Source of the DNA: a virus
Virus record (IMG/VR): IMGVR_UViG_3300037541_000804
Location: 1 to 64,000 of that record
DNA: 64,000 nt
Direction: 5' to 3' (one strand)
Both the position numbers and the translations under genes were made by a program. Shown here one piece after another: positions 37,108-47,600 of this stretch (its first letter is position 1; each line of letters starts with the position of its first letter). Below the pieces are notes generated by a model that ran no database searches, had not been told where the DNA came from, and was given only the letters and a program-made list of their open reading frames with translations.

Positions 37108-37901
37108 GTCCAGCCAGTTAAGTGCGTGCGGCCCCAAGCATTGGTTCCAGTGCAAATGTAAAGATGGCCACTTCCAACGGCAAATTGACCCCTAGTGCCA
37201 ATTGCGCCAGTTCCAGTTGGAATTCCAGTGCCAGAAATAAACAATCGGCCAATTGTAGAATCTCCAATAACGCTAGAGTTGCCAGATACGGTCAAATTAG
37301 ATGCTACGGAAGCGCTTTGGTCAACAATTAAATCATCCGTTTGAACAAATCCGCCGAAATAAGCATTCTTAAATTGGCTAGACAAAGAGCCAAGATCATA
37401 AAGATTGTTGGTTTTCGGCAAAAAGTGCGTGGCAATGTTTTTCGGCAAAAAGTCTCCAGTTACCGTAAAGTTGCCAGTTACGTTCAAGTTCCCCGTAATG
37501 GTTGAGTTAGACCCAACAGAAAGACTTCCGCCGATTGTAGTTGAACCACTAACAGACAAGCCAGTTGCAACGGTTAAGTTTTCGTCAACAATTAGCGTAT
37601 CAAACCAGCCTGTTCCGTCGCAATAAACATTTCGCCATTCTTTCGAGGTTGATCCAAGATTATAGAGGTTGTCAGTTTTTGGCTCTAGCGTTCCAACAAC
37701 GTCTCCTGTAATCGCAAAATCCCCACCAACATTTACATTATTTAGGAAAAACGCCGAGTCATAAAACGTCTTAACGCCCGAAATCGGCTGTTCGCCAGTG
37801 TTACGCACAAGGCCAGTGCCCCAAACAATTAAAGCATAATAAGCGCCCGAAGTCGCTTGATCCAATTGTAAACCAGAAAGATGAAAAACACGAGAAGCCA
37901 T
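37104..37901 (-). CDS. tail fibre-like protein
   Basis: EQPISGVKTF, PKTDNLYNLGS...W repeats, V.G.L.V.G beta repeats. Confidence 0.7.
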   Translation of the reverse strand: MASRVFHLSGLQLDQATSGAYYALIVWGTGLVRNTGEQPISGVKTFYDSAFFLNNVNVGGDFAITGDVVGTLEPKTDNLYNLGSTSKEWRNVYCDGTGWFDTLIVDENLTVATGLSVSGSTTIGGSLSVGSNSTITGNLNVTGNFTVTGDFLPKNIATHFLPKTNNLYDLGSLSSQFKNAYFGGFVQTDDLIVDQSASVASNLTVSGNSSVIGDSTIGRLFISGTGIPTGTGAIGTRGQFAVGSGHLYICTGTNAWGRTHLTGWT

Positions 37902-37902
37902 A

Positions 37903-38124
37903 CTACCAAGAGGAGAGAAGAATTCGGCCCCATTGATTGGTGCCAGTTGGGGTTAAAAAGTAAGCGCCACTAACGGAGGCTGTTCCAACAGCGCCGAAAG
38001 CTGCTTGGCTAGTTGGTGGAGCGACATATCGAAAAAGACCTGTCCCAGCTACAACCAAAGCCTCATACGCGCCAGAGATGGCTCTGTCAGCTTGTTCAGC
38101 GGTGTTGTAGAGAGTGTAATCCAT
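37903..38124 (-). CDS. small virion protein (paralog of 37104 and 38756)
   Basis: shared AY.AL...GTGL.R and TG.N.WGR. Confidence 0.65.
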   Translation of the reverse strand: MDYTLYNTAEQADRAISGAYEALVVAGTGLFRYVAPPTSQAAFGAVGTASVSGAYFLTPTGTNQWGRILLSSW

Positions 38125-38753
38125 TAAAGTTTAATTATTTTATTGCAGACAATAGAAGGTTGAATATTATTATGGGCCGTATCGCTACCAAACCCGCCGC
38201 CCAATTGAGTCGTCGAAGGAAAGCCAACGACTGTGGAAAATACGTTATAGTCTCCGCCAGTAGCCACTGATACGTTGTCTCCAACATCATGAGAGTGAGC
38301 GGCAACAGATGGAAGTTCTGCCTCTGTTAAAACATGTGTTTCTTCACCAATTTGATCGCCAAGAGTTGCAAAAGTTGAAGCGTCTTTACCGACAGATACT
38401 CGGCCATTTAAATTAGGCAAGGTGATGGTTTTATGTGCGGCAAAATCACTCGCTGCTGAACCGCCCCTTCCGCTAGAAACTGGAGCTTGCGCATTTGCTA
38501 GACTATTCCAGAGAAGCGTAAATAACTGCTCCGTATCAGCATTAGCTCTACCTGTCGCTCCAGAACTAGCGTTACCGATAGTTTGGCCGTTGGCTAAAAC
38601 CCATCCGTTTGGCGCAGAAGAACCCCAATAGTCGATCATCATACCCGTACTCACAAGAGAGGCGTAAAGTTCTGCGAAATTTGCATTAACCTTCTCAAAC
38701 CCCTGATAAAGAAGGTCTGTTTGGGTGGATGTGTCAATAGTTTGTTGAGCCAT
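38124..38753 (-). CDS. tail collar domain protein
   Basis: TGMMIDY...APNGWVLANG, LFTLL, LPNLNGR, HNNIQPS. Confidence 0.85.
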   Translation of the reverse strand: MAQQTIDTSTQTDLLYQGFEKVNANFAELYASLVSTGMMIDYWGSSAPNGWVLANGQTIGNASSGATGRANADTEQLFTLLWNSLANAQAPVSSGRGGSAASDFAAHKTITLPNLNGRVSVGKDASTFATLGDQIGEETHVLTEAELPSVAAHSHDVGDNVSVATGGDYNVFSTVVGFPSTTQLGGGFGSDTAHNNIQPSIVCNKIIKL

Positions 38754-38755
38754 AT

Positions 38756-39058
38756 TTAAGACGCCGAAGCGTTACAGTAGATTGCATTATTATTGCAATA
38801 ATATTCCGAGTTATTGCAGTATATAGGTTGAGAAAACTTGGAGATTTGAGTTCTTCCCCACTGATTATTTCCAGTGCATGCATAAAAATAATCGCCACTA
38901 AAAGCAACATTATAGCCAGAAATTCCAGCAGAAGTTGATGAAACTGGGGGATTGACGACTCGGATGAGTCCAGTTCCCTCAAGAATTAGGGAATTATACG
39001 CGGTGAAAATGGCTAGTTGAGCCAGTCCCATTGATTGTGTGAGCGCGTAGTAATCCAT
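38756..39058 (-). CDS. small virion protein (paralog of 37104 and 37903)
   Basis: shared motifs; C-terminal YCN x3; GTGTAA upstream. Confidence 0.65.
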   Translation of the reverse strand: MDYYALTQSMGLAQLAIFTAYNSLILEGTGLIRVVNPPVSSTSAGISGYNVAFSGDYFYACTGNNQWGRTQISKFSQPIYCNNSEYYCNNNAIYCNASAS

Positions 39059-39080
39059 AGTCCTTTATTTTAATTACACC

Positions 39081-40979
39081 TTAGCCGTTAATTAAAACCC
39101 CTACACCAGTAGAATATTCTCCATAGTAATCTGGAGAAGCTTTGAAAGCTCTTAACGTATATTGGTAATAATTACCTCCATCAAGAGGAGTGTCAACATA
39201 TGAATTTGTGAATGAAGCGCCAGCATAAATATCGTCCCTATAAATTTGTATAAAATCATGGCTAGTCTCATCAATCGTCCAGCTTATATTTGCGGCATGT
39301 CCAACGTCATTAGCTATTAAATTATAAGGAACTCCAAGAGGCTCAACGTATGTTGCATAAATCACTTCTGAATTTTCAGAAACCGCTTGGCCATTATTCG
39401 CAACAACATAATAATAATGTACGGCATCTTCCTGCGGAATTGACGCATTGTAAAACAAATTAGAAGTATTTGAAACATTCACCCACGGGCCTCCATCTCC
39501 ACCTATACAGCGATATACAGAAAAGCTCGTATATGGACCGTCTTGAAGCCAGTTCAAGACGGCGTTTCCACCTATAGCAGCTTCTCCGTCTGTAAAATAC
39601 AATCCATAAGGAGCGCTTATAGGAAGAGAACATGTCTGATTAGCTCCCTGTCTCACAAAATTATCCACAGTACACATAATATACCCATCAGCAGAAAGCA
39701 TTGTCTGAACCTCACAACCATCAGTGTAAGCGCGGCAAAATGGGTCTGTGATCAAATGATAGCCATCCGACGAAACTAACCTCTTCAAATCGCTTGACCT
39801 CAACAAAAAATCATCAAAAGAAGTAGTTTCGCCCTGCTTATAGGAAAACCCTTTGTTTTCAGAAGCGGCGAAATCAAATTGGGCGCTAAATTCATACAGC
39901 CCGTTAACAGAAAGTGAATCTCTTTTTTCGCGCAAAACGCAATCGTCAAATTTCAACCAACGGTTTTTAACAATGTGGCCCGTCTCATTTAATGCGGCGA
40001 AACTGTCGGAAGATAATCCAGACAAATACTCATCTTGAGGATCGCGGTGGTAAATTTCAATTGTTTGTTTTGATTCATTTCTCATCAAAGCGTCAAACGA
40101 ACCCGTCGAATAGTCCGAAACAAGCCCATTAATAGAAATAGACCCCTGAACGGGTAATTTAACATCTCTCCCATAAACATGATCGCTGCCGAACCCATAA
40201 GAGTTTTCCCTATCTATAGATAAGGATATTTCCATATTTTGAATATGTGCGTCATTCCAAGAATCTAGCCTCTGGTTTGGAATTTGAAGATTGTCAAAAG
40301 ACGGCCTGAATCTGGCGCTCCAAATATTGGGAACTACTCCAGTTAAATTGCCAGTTGGCAGCCTATGAACTTGCAATGGATTCAAGAATATAGTCGCCGC
40401 ATCTCCAGTCGTTCCACTTTCAAGGTTGATCGCTGGAATTTGCATATAATTGCCAGCCAAAGTTTCCGAGGTGATATTCGATGCCACAATTTGGCAGGTT
40501 GTTTTCGCCAATTGGCCGACATTATAGCTTTGAGAAGCGTTTGTCAGGTAACAGTTACCCAAAGAAACAACATTCACTCCGCTAAAGGAATTTGCGTCCT
40601 TGATTTGTTTAATCAGATCGTAACCCTGCAAATCGGAGAAGAAAAGATAACCATTGAAGGAAAAATCATTAACGCCCGTAAAAACTTGCTGATAATTGCC
40701 AGACGGACGATAAATCATTCCAATTAAAGAATCAGAATCAAAATCCTGTCGCGAAAGATAGCTCAAATTAGCAATAATATCGGGCGAAAAGTTGACCTCA
40801 TCAACGCCGTAATTTTGGGAGCCAATTTGCCTAGACTGAGTTCTCGCTGGCGACGTGGAAAAATCCACATTCTCCATAAGGCTCAAGAAATACAGCCCAA
40901 GACGCTCCCCCGTAACAAACGCTGGAGAGGAATCGACTGCAAATAGGCAGGAGTTGCTTTTTATAAAGTTGGGCATCAC
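39081..40979 (-). CDS. tail-tube-like protein with C-terminal FN3-like domains
   Basis: LGNCYL.N and GS....R.V..P shared with 56721; P.NL...W...Y.YY.V.A. Confidence 0.65.
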   Translation of the reverse strand: MMPNFIKSNSCLFAVDSSPAFVTGERLGLYFLSLMENVDFSTSPARTQSRQIGSQNYGVDEVNFSPDIIANLSYLSRQDFDSDSLIGMIYRPSGNYQQVFTGVNDFSFNGYLFFSDLQGYDLIKQIKDANSFSGVNVVSLGNCYLTNASQSYNVGQLAKTTCQIVASNITSETLAGNYMQIPAINLESGTTGDAATIFLNPLQVHRLPTGNLTGVVPNIWSARFRPSFDNLQIPNQRLDSWNDAHIQNMEISLSIDRENSYGFGSDHVYGRDVKLPVQGSISINGLVSDYSTGSFDALMRNESKQTIEIYHRDPQDEYLSGLSSDSFAALNETGHIVKNRWLKFDDCVLREKRDSLSVNGLYEFSAQFDFAASENKGFSYKQGETTSFDDFLLRSSDLKRLVSSDGYHLITDPFCRAYTDGCEVQTMLSADGYIMCTVDNFVRQGANQTCSLPISAPYGLYFTDGEAAIGGNAVLNWLQDGPYTSFSVYRCIGGDGGPWVNVSNTSNLFYNASIPQEDAVHYYYVVANNGQAVSENSEVIYATYVEPLGVPYNLIANDVGHAANISWTIDETSHDFIQIYRDDIYAGASFTNSYVDTPLDGGNYYQYTLRAFKASPDYYGEYSTGVGVLING

Positions 40980-40985
40980 TAATAG

Positions 40986-41834
40986 TTACATTTTTTCCAA
41001 GATAACCTCAGAAAGCCACTTGTTTAAATCGGACTGTTTCTCTCCAATAGTCCTATAGTGTTCTAAAGCTTCAAAAATAGGCATATCTGTTTCCAGCATG
41101 GCTCTAATATGGTTTTTAAATTTATTTTCGCGAGTTGGCCGATAAGGAGCACCATTAGGGCGTCTGAACCTATGCAACCAAGAAAATTTACTCAAACACA
41201 TTGTTTTCCTGCCTGCCTGCCTGAATTTTTCATGGACAAAAAATTCCTCACCCCCAAAACCCTTACATTTACTAGGAAACCCCACCCAAGCATTCTTCTT
41301 GCATGCGAAAACACCCATTCCTTGGGCGGGAATCTCAAAAGACTTTTCACTCTTAACTCTTTCATCATACGCCCATTGGCCAAACATCCCGCTTCCCCAT
41401 GTTGGTTTTAAATGGGTAGCAATCACTTTCATATCATCAGATAAGAGCGGCCCTTGTATCAAGTTGCCACCATCTTCGCCGCTTTCAAAAAAAGAAATTA
41501 AAGATTGAATAGCGTTGGGCGCGAACAAAACATGACAGTCGCAAACTAATACATTATCCGATTTTGCGTGAAAAAACACGTCTTCTTTAGCAAAAGCCCC
41601 GCGAGAGTTGTCTAATTTTATATATTTGATGTTTTTATCGGTCGCACAGAAAGCCGCCGTTTCCTTTCCCTCCTTAGATTCTGGATTGTTGTCTATAACA
41701 ATAATCTCGCAATTTGCCAGCGCTTCCGCGTGATACATTTTCAATGACTGAATGGTAAAATAAACACCATTAAAGTCGTCAAAAGTGACCATTCCGATAG
41801 ACAGACTAGGGGTAGATGCAGGAGCCATCGTCAC
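40986..41834 (-). CDS. glycosyltransferase family 2 embedded in tail operon
   Basis: SIGM...EIIVIDN, VCDCH, GFGGEE. Confidence 0.8.
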   Translation of the reverse strand: MTMAPASTPSLSIGMVTFDDFNGVYFTIQSLKMYHAEALANCEIIVIDNNPESKEGKETAAFCATDKNIKYIKLDNSRGAFAKEDVFFHAKSDNVLVCDCHVLFAPNAIQSLISFFESGEDGGNLIQGPLLSDDMKVIATHLKPTWGSGMFGQWAYDERVKSEKSFEIPAQGMGVFACKKNAWVGFPSKCKGFGGEEFFVHEKFRQAGRKTMCLSKFSWLHRFRRPNGAPYRPTRENKFKNHIRAMLETDMPIFEALEHYRTIGEKQSDLNKWLSEVILEKM

Positions 41835-43821
41835 ATGTTGCTAGAGGATCATGATTTAAGGCGTTAGAGTCCATGCATCCATATATGCAAGGGTCGGATG
41901 TTGTTGTGCTAGTTGTAGTAGTAGTGCTAGTGCTAGTTGTAGTAGTAGTAGTGGTAGTCGGAGGTTCCGTAGTCTCCTGGGGACATTCTCCCGTTCCTCC
42001 AAACGATCCTTTGCCGCAACAAGTTCTATTAAATATATAGTAAGTAGTTCCATCAGCAACATAGACTATAGAATTGCCAGAAACAGATGTGTTGGAGTAA
42101 TTAATCTTAGTTATCAAATCCAACGACTCTGCATCCGACAAAACATCTTCTATTGAAGGGGCGTTACATGCGTCATGAGCGGTAGAGCCTAGTCCCATAG
42201 TGACAAAATAACCTGTTGGGTTAATTATTGGAGCTAAGGTCGTTGTGGCTTCAATATATGGATCGTAATTGTAGGTTGCGCTCCACGCCCTTCCAGTCAG
42301 TCCCGTTACAAAAGAATAGGCAGAATTAGAAATTTCGCCATTTCCTTGCATGTCAGCAATGCCACTAAATAATCCGCCACTATATAAAACCCCAAAAGTT
42401 TCGTTAATATAAGACCCACTAATAAAATTACCCGTGGCATACAAACCAGTAATTTGCGGGGAGTTGGCAATGTTTAAATATGTTGCGCTGTTGTTTTGTA
42501 TTTGAATCTTTCTCAAATTAGGTTTTTCACGCAAATCAAACCCACCTACATTATTGTTATTGTAATTGAAATCAACCAAACTAGGCGCGTAATACAAATT
42601 CGCCACGCCAATAGAGTTGTCGCTCATGTTTAAATGAGTCAAATTTTTGGCAATATCGTATCTTGATTTGATGATAGATTGGCCCGTGCCCGTTAATCCA
42701 ACAATTGGCCCAAAAAGCTTTAGCGTGTTAGCGTGCCCAGTATTGCCCCACGGAATGTTCAAATTTGGGAAAGAAATTAACTGTTTTAAATCGCCCGTCT
42801 GATAGAAACAATATCCTGAACCAGTCACCGAAAGATTTAGCTGAGACTGCCCACTCTGTTGCGTGATAGAAATTGACGGGGAACCTTTTTCTTCAACACC
42901 AAGAGGGTCTTCCATCAAAGACAAGGTTAAGTTATTGCTTTCTTTAGCGTTCCATTGGTGGCCCCAGCTTGCACAAGTAAACAATTTCGGGCGATTGTAG
43001 ATTTCGGGGAATTGATGTTTGAATCTTTTGTAACCTAATTTTGATTCGGCGAAATGGAGAAGAGATTTTGTTTTCTTGTCGGAAATATTTTTGTAAGAAA
43101 TGTCGATGGACTCAAAAGAGTGGATGTTCTTTTGGTCATTGATTCTTTGGGCGAAAGAAGCTTTGAACTCCGACTTTTTCACCATCGGAGCTTGGTTGAC
43201 AGAAAAGCCTTCGTTCGAGTCTTCGAACAAATTGGTTGTCCAGTTTTGGCCCGTCGATAAAGGATTATTGGACAAGCTTGACGTGTGATCTTCGAGAGAG
43301 TAGAACCAATTGTTTGTAGGCTCTTCCACATCATGTTCGAACCATACAATGTCGTATTTGTTGTAGGATTGGTTTGGTTGCCATGCTCTAAACTCATGTG
43401 AGACAAAACTTTGGCCGCTCCAGTTTAAACACGGAGCATTTCTCTCCACATGAAAATCTAAAGCAAGGCCATATTTACCATTGCTAGCAGAGTCCAGCCC
43501 CCCAAGAGAATCAATTGTCCCGCTAAGGGTTTTGTAAATATTGGAAGAATCGCTAAACGTAAAAATACCCGTTCCACTTTGGCTTTCATAAAAGTTAATT
43601 AGTTTTTGTGCATCGTTCTCCCGTAAAGAAAACTTTAAGGCGAACTTTCCAACAATACTATTTAATCCAAGAGGCGCGATAGACTGGATTCTATCGGAGG
43701 ACAAGACGTAATTGTTTCTTGCCTCGAATTGAACCGACGATCCGTATTCGGGCGAATATGTCAATCCCGTTAGTAATTCAATACCCGAAATATTTCTGTC
43801 TCTATCGTAAAAAAGGCTCAT
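41806..43821 (-). CDS. minor tail protein: two lambda gpM-like domains, CBM-like module, LRR, Thr-rich tract, GCxD repeat
   Basis: F.E...G...F twice; WQPNQSYNKYDIV; L..L.MSDN.I; T/S tract; GCMDSNALNHDP.A..DDGSC. Confidence 0.65.
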   Translation of the reverse strand: MSLFYDRDRNISGIELLTGLTYSPEYGSSVQFEARNNYVLSSDRIQSIAPLGLNSIVGKFALKFSLRENDAQKLINFYESQSGTGIFTFSDSSNIYKTLSGTIDSLGGLDSASNGKYGLALDFHVERNAPCLNWSGQSFVSHEFRAWQPNQSYNKYDIVWFEHDVEEPTNNWFYSLEDHTSSLSNNPLSTGQNWTTNLFEDSNEGFSVNQAPMVKKSEFKASFAQRINDQKNIHSFESIDISYKNISDKKTKSLLHFAESKLGYKRFKHQFPEIYNRPKLFTCASWGHQWNAKESNNLTLSLMEDPLGVEEKGSPSISITQQSGQSQLNLSVTGSGYCFYQTGDLKQLISFPNLNIPWGNTGHANTLKLFGPIVGLTGTGQSIIKSRYDIAKNLTHLNMSDNSIGVANLYYAPSLVDFNYNNNNVGGFDLREKPNLRKIQIQNNSATYLNIANSPQITGLYATGNFISGSYINETFGVLYSGGLFSGIADMQGNGEISNSAYSFVTGLTGRAWSATYNYDPYIEATTTLAPIINPTGYFVTMGLGSTAHDACNAPSIEDVLSDAESLDLITKINYSNTSVSGNSIVYVADGTTYYIFNRTCCGKGSFGGTGECPQETTEPPTTTTTTTTSTSTTTTTSTTTSDPCIYGCMDSNALNHDPLATCDDGSCIYP

Positions 43822-44618
43822 TCTAAGTATCCTTGATATTGAAGAGTTACAGACAACGGCGCGTCAACCGTTCCTTCAATTTGTTGATTATAGATTTGAG
43901 CATTGGAAACGGGCAGGGTCATTATTGTTTGCGACAAATCTCTGTTCTTTATATTAATAGTAAAATTTGGCGCGGAAACATATCTGACAAAATTATTTAA
44001 ATCCAAAGCCGAAAACCCGCCAACATCAAAGGTGGCGGAAGCGGTTATATTTATAGCTCCGTTTTGTTCTACAATATCTGGGAAAAGATTCGGCCCAACT
44101 GAATATCTCGCCCTTCTAGGGACTTCAAGAGAGTAGTCAAAGCTTTTGATACGGTTAGAATTGCCATAATCGTTGGATATTTCCATGCTTCTCGGCGACG
44201 GCACAAAAATATCAGGATGCGTCACTCCAGTATGAGTTGCCGCGCCGCTTTTCATTTCGCCGTAAACAGAAAACCCACAAGAAACACTTGGCACTTGCCC
44301 AACAGAGCACGATACAGAATAGTTATTTAAATATCCCGACTCGAACCCATATTGACTCTGGCCATAGGAAAAAACGCCCGAAAAACAAGATTCCCCTGTA
44401 AAAGAGACTACTGGATCAGCATAGATTAACGATCTGGTTAAACTCACGCGCCCAACAGACGGCGAAACTTTTGCGTGTCCAAAATTTTTGCGCCCAAGAG
44501 TTTGAAAGCTGCCAACGCCAAAATCCGTTTCAAAATTAACGCTAGAAACGCCCGACAAATCATAACCATTGAATCGAAATGATTGCCCGTAGTTGAGGAT
44601 TGAAGTGGTTTTGGACAT
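43818..44618 (-). CDS. tail-tube-like (distal tail) protein
   Basis: YLNNYSVSCSVG.VP.VS similar to 56721; follows tape measure gene. Confidence 0.6.
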   Translation of the reverse strand: MSKTTSILNYGQSFRFNGYDLSGVSSVNFETDFGVGSFQTLGRKNFGHAKVSPSVGRVSLTRSLIYADPVVSFTGESCFSGVFSYGQSQYGFESGYLNNYSVSCSVGQVPSVSCGFSVYGEMKSGAATHTGVTHPDIFVPSPRSMEISNDYGNSNRIKSFDYSLEVPRRARYSVGPNLFPDIVEQNGAINITASATFDVGGFSALDLNNFVRYVSAPNFTINIKNRDLSQTIMTLPVSNAQIYNQQIEGTVDAPLSVTLQYQGYLE

Positions 44619-47600
44619 TATCTTTTGCTAAGAACGCCTCCAGGTCTTTGTTCCAATTGAATAACTTGCACAACTGCGCTGCGAAGTTTTTCGGCTAGCA
44701 TTTTGTTGTTTTGGTCGCCGCCGCCTTCTTCGGAAGACTTTTCGCCGTCTTTGGAAACGGTTACGTTGACGGTGACATTACTTGCGCCGATGGTTTTTTC
44801 AATGAGTTCGTCAAGTTTTGCGGCAATCATTGAATCGTCGCCCTCGGAAGAAGGAACGCCGCCGTTATTCATTGAATAAAGGTTGGAATAACCAATTTTC
44901 TTGGCAGCAGAGGAGTTGATCATAAACTCTCCCTTGCTGGCCATGATAGGAACAGTGTCGCCCGAACCAGAGATTGCGCCGCCAGAATTTCTTCCGTAAG
45001 GGGTATAGCTAGCTGACGGGAAAAGTGGATTTTCATAGTCTCCAAATCCTCTGCGGGGAGGCTGTGTAGAGCGATTGATTAGAGAACCAAAATTCCTACC
45101 AGAATAAATTCCCAAAATATCACTTCCAAAATTTAAATAATCAAACGAACTCGGCCTATAGGAATTAGTAACACCGCCAGAATAAGACGGCGCACTTCTA
45201 AATGGAATGCCGAAATTCGAAGATGAGTTAAAATAATTAGATGAAGAACCCCTGTATGACGAAGAACCAGCGCTAACACCAGAAATATTTGGCCTTTCCG
45301 AGACGCCTCTAATTGATCCGCCGCTATATTGAGTATTGCCAAGACTATTTGCGTTTTTACCAGCCGAATTGGCTTTATATCCAGAAGTAGCACCACCAAC
45401 TGCTGCGACGGCGAGGGAAATCCAGAATTGTCTTCTTTCTTCTTTTTTAGCCTTCTCCTTGGCGGCGCGAGCTTCTTCAAGTTGACGGTAATATTCCGCC
45501 AACTCTTCTTGGTATTGTTTCTCTTGGCCGAGTTGATCAACGTATAGGCCGAAAGCTTGGTCTTTAGCGTCTTGAGTAGCTTGAACAATAGGGGAGTCGC
45601 CGAAACGATTAAAGCTAGATAGTCTAAGGCTTTCTGGCTCAAGAGAAACCATTCCAGCGCCACCCATTAGTGAACGGCGAACATCTTGACCGCCAGAAGT
45701 GGCCGTTTGTGTGGCGAAATCTAGTAGGTTTTCTTTGCCAGTGATGTTTCCTTGACCGCGAACCCCAGGCGCGAAATAGCCACCTTGAGCCATTTGACCT
45801 ACGGAACCGCTGTTTAGTGCTTCGAAGAATTGCGAGCCGTATTTTTGGACGCTCTTTTTATTGACAACATATTCGCCACCCATAAGAAGAGTTGGCACGT
45901 CATCTTTAGTGCCAGAACCACCTGTCACTTGACCGCCAGAAGCTCTTTTTGTAAATGCGCCTAAAACACTAGAAATAACACCGCCACCCGAACCGCCCTG
46001 TCCGAAAAGAGCGTTGGTTGCAATTTTCGCCAAATTATCAAGCGCTGCATCGCGCAATTTATTCGCAAAAGCAAGAGCTACGTCCAAAAGGGATTCTTTT
46101 AAGCTACCAGTTCTAGAAACCGCTGCTTGCATTGCCCCAACAAGACCGTCTTTAAATCCTTCCGTAGCCGTTTTGCCGAAAGTGCTGCCAAAGTTATTAA
46201 CTTCATCTTGCATCCCGCTAAGAGACTCGCGAACGCCGAATCCGAACGAGCGGCGTTTTTCGAGGTTTGCATTAATAGCATTTTCTATAGCCAACTGTTT
46301 TTCGGCGGCAGACAAATCGCTGTTTCGAATAGCAAAAATTTGCTGATTCAATTCAAGCTCTGTCTCAAGATTTAAGCGTTCGACTTTACTCGCGGCTGTG
46401 GCAATGTCAAACTGTTGCTGACGAATAGCGTTTTGTTCCGATAAAGAGGACACTAAATCAGAACCAGACTTTCCTTGAACAGCGTCAAAAGATTGTTCGC
46501 CGATTAAGCCGCTGACAATAGAGGATTTGTCGGTAGCTTGGAGAAGATTAAATTGGTTTTGAGCGCGACTTTGACCCAATCCTCTAGAAAATTCCAATAG
46601 AGAATCTTGAAATTCTTGACGGGCATCCTTTGTTAATCCAATCTGAGACGTTTCGATATTCAAAGCGTCAATATTTGCATTAATAGCCTCAAGCTCTATA
46701 TCTCTTGAATTATTAAGGTCTTCAATGGCGCGTCTTTTGGTTCTTTCGTCTTGAATTGTAGAGTCTATTTCGAGCCTCTGGGCTTCTGTCGATTTTAGAA
46801 GTTCATCTCTTGATTTGTTAAGCTCTTGAACTTGAAGTCCAGCCAAATCTCTTTGAGACTGCTCTCTTTGGAGTGTCCCTAGTTGAGGATTGTTGGATTG
46901 AGCTTGTAAACGAGTGATGTTTCCTTGGATTTTGGCCCTGTCTAGGGCTATGGTATTCAAGGAAGATTTGGCAGCTTCAATTGCTGGCACAAGTTTTTGA
47001 ATAGCGTTAAATTCCTGTTGGCGGATTCTCGTGTTATCCGTTATAGACTTGATGTTAGCCTTGATTTCTGTTTCTTGGACGCCAAATTGCTCGATAACTT
47101 TAGTTATGCGGGCGTTACCTTCTAGGGTTGAAAATTCTTTGCCTTCTCCAGAGTTTTTCTTGATTTTTTCAATTTCATTCTTGGATTCGACTTCTGCTTT
47201 TTTCAGAGCCGCTTCGTAAATACTTTTTTGAATATTGGAGATTTGATTTTCAATATCATTTTTCGCAACACTAGACAAGGACGAACTCGTTGATAAAGAT
47301 TCAAGACCTTTAATTTTAGCCTCAAGAGACGCCGTGGATGAATCGAAAGCTAGAAGTTCAATTTCTCTTTGGACATCGAGAAATTTATCAATAGATTCTT
47401 GCGAGAATTTTTCAGAGCGGAAATTCCCTAATTGTCCAGCTTTGGCCGTCTTTTTTTCTGAAATATTAAAGAATCTTTGTCCAAATGTAGCCGTAAGCTC
47501 GCCCGCACGACCCGATTCAGCGGCGCGTTTAATTGGTTCGATATTTTTGGCAATGTTTTCAAGAAACAACTTATAAACTTCGTCTTGGAGCTTGTCTAAA

